Of a DNA stretch of 64,000 nucleotides, positions 60,516-64,000 are shown in pieces (within the stretch, counting starts at the first letter, position 1; each line of letters starts with the position of its first letter). The notes below the pieces were generated by a model. That model worked only from the letters and a program-made list of their open reading frames with translations. It ran no database searches and was not told where the DNA came from. The position numbers were made by a program, and so were the translations under genes. The stretch is from an uncultured Blautia sp. (lineage in GTDB: Bacteria > Bacillota > Clostridia > Lachnospirales > Lachnospiraceae), in assembly GCA_900541345.1 (NCBI GenBank), contig UQJE01000003.1, positions 10,533 to 74,532 on the forward strand. The letters are read 5' to 3'.

Positions 60516-60906
60516 GCATTTTAAATCGAATCTGAAGGTGCTTATCACAGCAGAAAATGAAGATTTGTCCAATGAATTTATTATAGGTGGGATTATTGAT
60601 AAATTTTTTGTTCAATTTGAGATGGGGTGGAAAGTATTAAAAGAATTGTTGAGCTATGAAGGACATTCTATTTCCGCAACAGGTTCACCAAAAATGATTT
60701 TAAAGACGGCATTTACGATTTTTGATTTCATAGACGAGGATATTTGGCTTGGAATGCTGAAAAACAGAAACGATTTAACACATATTTATGATGAAATGGC
60801 GGCGAAAAGATTAGTTGGAGTAATTTTAAAAGATTATATTCCCGCATTTGTAAAAATGCAGACGGGTATTGAAGAGTATTACGGAAATGAATTAGAAAAT
60901 ATGTAA
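60502..60906 (+). CDS. HEPN-family (HI0074-like nucleotidyltransferase substrate-binding) protein, putative toxin
   Basis: GIIDKF..QFE..WK.LK, SPK, RNDLTHIY (RX4H). Confidence 0.85.
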   Translation: MKKFEHFKSNLKVLITAENEDLSNEFIIGGIIDKFFVQFEMGWKVLKELLSYEGHSISATGSPKMILKTAFTIFDFIDEDIWLGMLKNRNDLTHIYDEMAAKRLVGVILKDYIPAFVKMQTGIEEYYGNELENM

Positions 60907-60963
60907 AATCAATGTATCTTTCTCGGAGTTTTGTTATACTCCTATAAAAAGGAGTTTTGAGAA

Positions 60964-61218
60964 ATGAAGGGTCAGAATAAAAGGCTGAAAATAAGCGGAG
61001 TAGAAATCCGATTAAGAATGCTGGGCAGAAGTCTTGATTTGGAGCGTATTCACCCACATAAGTTCAAGAGAACAATGGCTACAAGAGCGATTGATAAAGG
61101 AATGCCTATAGAACAGGGACAAAAATTACTGGGATATCAGCAGATTGACACCACCATGCAGTATGCAATGGTAAATCAGAGTAATGTAAAATCATCTCAT
61201 AGAAAGTTTATTGCTTAG
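60964..61218 (+). pseudogene. C-terminal fragment of a tyrosine recombinase (type I R-M-associated integrase)
   Basis: IHPHKFKRTMAT..IDKGMPIEQ.Q.LLG.QQIDTT..Y; N-terminal domains missing. Confidence 0.8.
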
Positions 61219-61256
61219 TGCAAATTTTCAGGTCTTCGGATTTGGCGAGGGCAGAA

Positions 61257-62656
61257 ATGAAATATAAGTTAAAAGATATATTTGATTTACAGATGGGAAA
61301 AACTCCATCAAGAAATATTCCAAATTATTGGAATACAGAAGAGTATAAATGGATTTCCATTGCTGATTTATCAAAAGCAGGAAATGTATTCTAATGAGGC
61401 GATAATGGCATTTCATGATAAGCATATTGTTGAGATTCTTCCCGAATATATTTTTTGTATGTTCAAGTATAGAAACTGGGAACAGGGTAGTAATAAAGCC
61501 GTGTTAGGGAAAACGCTCAACAAAGCTATGTTGTCAGAAGTGGAGATTGAGATTTGTTCTATAGAAAATCAACGAGCAATTGTTGATATGCTGGATACCG
61601 GAATTGATATTCCGGAGATATTGAATCTAGTGTTTTTTAAGAAAGTAATGAGCAAGGCGAAGTTCTGGCAGATGATCGGAAGAGGTACAAGGCTTTGCAA
61701 AAACCTTATTGACGGCGGGGATAAAGAAAAATTTTATATTTTTGATTTTGGTAATAATTTTGCATTTTTCCGTATGAACAGAGGAACGTCTGCAGAGACG
61801 CGCCTTTCCTTGCAGGGAGCGATTTTTAATCTGGAATTTGAGATTGCATATAAATTGCAGGGAATAGAGTGTCAGACGGAGAGACTGACGAAATACAGAA
61901 ATCAGCTAGTGCGGCATATGGCGGGCAAAGCGGGATTTGCGGAAAAAAGCAGAAGATCTCAGTGAGATAGCAAATATACCGGAAATTAAAGAACAGTCGG
62001 AGCTGATAAAGAAAATTTTGCATACAGATTATCTGGAACAGGGAGAAATAGACGATTTTGAAAATATTCGAAGCAAATTAAGGAATCTGATGAAGTACAT
62101 ACCGGAAAGTTCCAGAAGGATTTATGAGACAGATTTTTTCGAGGAAATTTTGTCTGTAGAATGGAATGAAGCAGAGTTAGAAAATGACGATTTAAAAAAT
62201 TATAAGGCAAAAGCGGAATATTATGTGCGGCAGCATCAGGACAATAAGGTGATTTTAAAATTGAAGGAAAATATTCCGCTTACAGCGGATGATATGAAGG
62301 AACTGGAAAGTATTTTGTGGAGTGAAGTAGGCAGTAAAAAGGATTATGAGGAAGAATACGGTTCGAAACCGCTAGGTGTGTTTGTACGGGAAATTGTGGG
62401 ACTTGATATGGGAATTGCGAAAGCTGCTTTCGCAGAATTTCTGGATGAAACAAATCTTGACAGTCGTCAGATATATTTTGTAAATTAGATTGTGGAATAT
62501 ATTGTTCATAATGGAATGATGACGGATTTTTCTGTACTTCAGGAAGCTCCTTTTACTGATAGGGGAAGTATTACAGAAGTGTTTACCGATGTATCCGTAT
62601 GGTTGGGAATAAAGAATACCATCGATATGATAAACGCAAATGCTCTGGCTGCGTAA
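61257..62656 (+). pseudogene. hsdR: Type I R-M relic: HsdS fragments fused to the HsdR C-terminal half (frameshift near 61930, nonsense at 62486)
   Basis: MKYKLKDIFDLQMGKTPSR (HsdS); NEAI...Q.AIVD joined to DMLDTGID.P, FWQMIGRGTRLC (HsdR helicase motifs); FVN*IVEYIVHNG continues to 62656. Confidence 0.8.
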
Positions 62657-62802
62657 TTTTATCCTCTTCACGCTGGACAGAATTGTCCAAAACATATATA
62701 ATAATGCAGGAGTGAAAAGAACGGAGCAGCAAATGTGACACGATGCACCAGATATTTTGAACTCATATGATAACATTTATATTAGGAAAAAGAGGAAAAC
62801 AA

Positions 62803-63954
62803 ATGGCAGAATATAAAATCCTGAAAACAGAAGGAAGAGCAAAGCGGGCGGAGTTCCATACAGTACATGGAACGATTCAGACTCCTGTTTTTATGAATGT
62901 GGGAACCATCGGGGCGATTAAGGGAGCAGTTTCCACAATGGACCTTTACGATATTGGAACACAGGTGGAGCTTTCTAACACATATCACCTTCATGTGCGT
63001 CCCGGAGATAAAATTGTAAAACAGCTTGGAGGTCTTCACAAATTTATGGTCTGGGACAGACCGATACTTACAGATTCCGGCGGATTCCAGGTATTTTCCC
63101 TGTCCGGACTTCGAAAAATCAAAGAAGAAGGCGTATATTTCCGTTCTCACATTGACGGACATAAAATTTTTATGGGACCTGAGGAAAGTATGCAGATCCA
63201 GTCTAATCTTGCATCTACAATCGCAATGGCATTTGATGAATGTCCAAGCTCTGTGGCTGACAGGGATTATGTGCAGAAATCAGTGGACAGAACTACGAGA
63301 TGGCTTGCAAGATGTAAAGAAGAGATGGCTCGCTTAAACAGTCTTCCGGATACCATTAATAAAGAGCAGCTTCTTTTTGGAATTAACCAGGGAGCGATTT
63401 ATGAAGATATTCGTATTGCTCATGCAGAGACAATTTCCAAAATGGATTTAGACGGATATGCAATAGGCGGTCTTGCAGTAGGAGAAACGCATGCGGAAAT
63501 GTATCATATTTTAGATGAGGTTGTGCCGCATCTTCCACAGAATAAGCCGACGTATCTTATGGGTGTGGGAACTCCTGCAAATATTTTGGAGGCTGTAGAA
63601 AGAGGAGTGGACTTCTTTGACTGTGTATATCCAAGCAGAAACGGACGTCACGGACACGTTTATACAAATCATGGAAAAATGAATCTTTTTAACGCAAAGT
63701 ATGAGTTGGATACAAGGCCAATTGAAGAGGGATGTCAGTGTCCTGCCTGCCGTCATTACAGCAGAGCTTATATTCGTCATCTTTTAAAAGCGAAAGAAAT
63801 GCTGGGAATGCGTCTTTGTGTTCTTCATAACCTGTATTTCTATAACCACATGATGGAAGAGATCAGGGATGCCCTTGATAATGGTAATTTTGCAGAATAT
63901 AAGAAAATGCGTCTTGCCGGTTTTGAGGAAGGAAAAATAAACAGCAACAGATAA
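62803..63954 (+). CDS. tgt: Queuine tRNA-ribosyltransferase
   Basis: TPVFMNVGT, NTYHL, LTDSGGFQ, GGLAVGE, YLMGVG, DFFDCV, CQCPAC...HN. Confidence 0.97.
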   Translation: MAEYKILKTEGRAKRAEFHTVHGTIQTPVFMNVGTIGAIKGAVSTMDLYDIGTQVELSNTYHLHVRPGDKIVKQLGGLHKFMVWDRPILTDSGGFQVFSLSGLRKIKEEGVYFRSHIDGHKIFMGPEESMQIQSNLASTIAMAFDECPSSVADRDYVQKSVDRTTRWLARCKEEMARLNSLPDTINKEQLLFGINQGAIYEDIRIAHAETISKMDLDGYAIGGLAVGETHAEMYHILDEVVPHLPQNKPTYLMGVGTPANILEAVERGVDFFDCVYPSRNGRHGHVYTNHGKMNLFNAKYELDTRPIEEGCQCPACRHYSRAYIRHLLKAKEMLGMRLCVLHNLYFYNHMMEEIRDALDNGNFAEYKKMRLAGFEEGKINSNR

Positions 63955-64000
63955 AAAAGAAATGTTGGGAAAAATAGCAAAAGCACTTGAAGAAAATCAG

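Overview
This 64-kb window looks like chromosomal DNA from an anaerobic gut Firmicute; gene content and style suggest Lachnospiraceae (inference). From left to right it holds: orphan lantibiotic-immunity ABC genes with a frameshifted response regulator; a second TCS/ABC module; hemerythrin; GNAT acetyltransferases; three MATE pumps; a DUF5714-ArsC fusion; fsa; an atypical rnf-derived operon with convergent apbE; a DUF134-NifB/NifX gene; trkAH; a 5'-truncated cotJC abutting a large serine recombinase; an alpha-L-rhamnosidase locus; tmRNA; a TCS; ung; a MurJ/SpoVB flippase; a complete maltodextrin/glycogen utilisation cluster; a 1413-aa acyl-CoA dehydratase-activator fusion; a collapsed type I R-M locus with an intact MNT-HEPN pair; and tgt. 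Three candidates stand out. (1) A 'half-Rnf' operon: RnfC, RnfD, an RnfG carrying two extra nested FMN-binding domains, a single RnfE/RnfA chimera lacking the Fe-S cysteine motifs, no RnfB, and ApbE. It plausibly links cytosolic NAD(H) to a multi-flavinylated extracytosolic protein. (2) A split cotJC with a lone serine recombinase and a candidate directionality factor, suggesting sporulation-specific DNA rearrangement. (3) An unannotated csRNA-like small RNA under four phased response-regulator boxes. All calls come from reading motifs by eye; no database searches were run.
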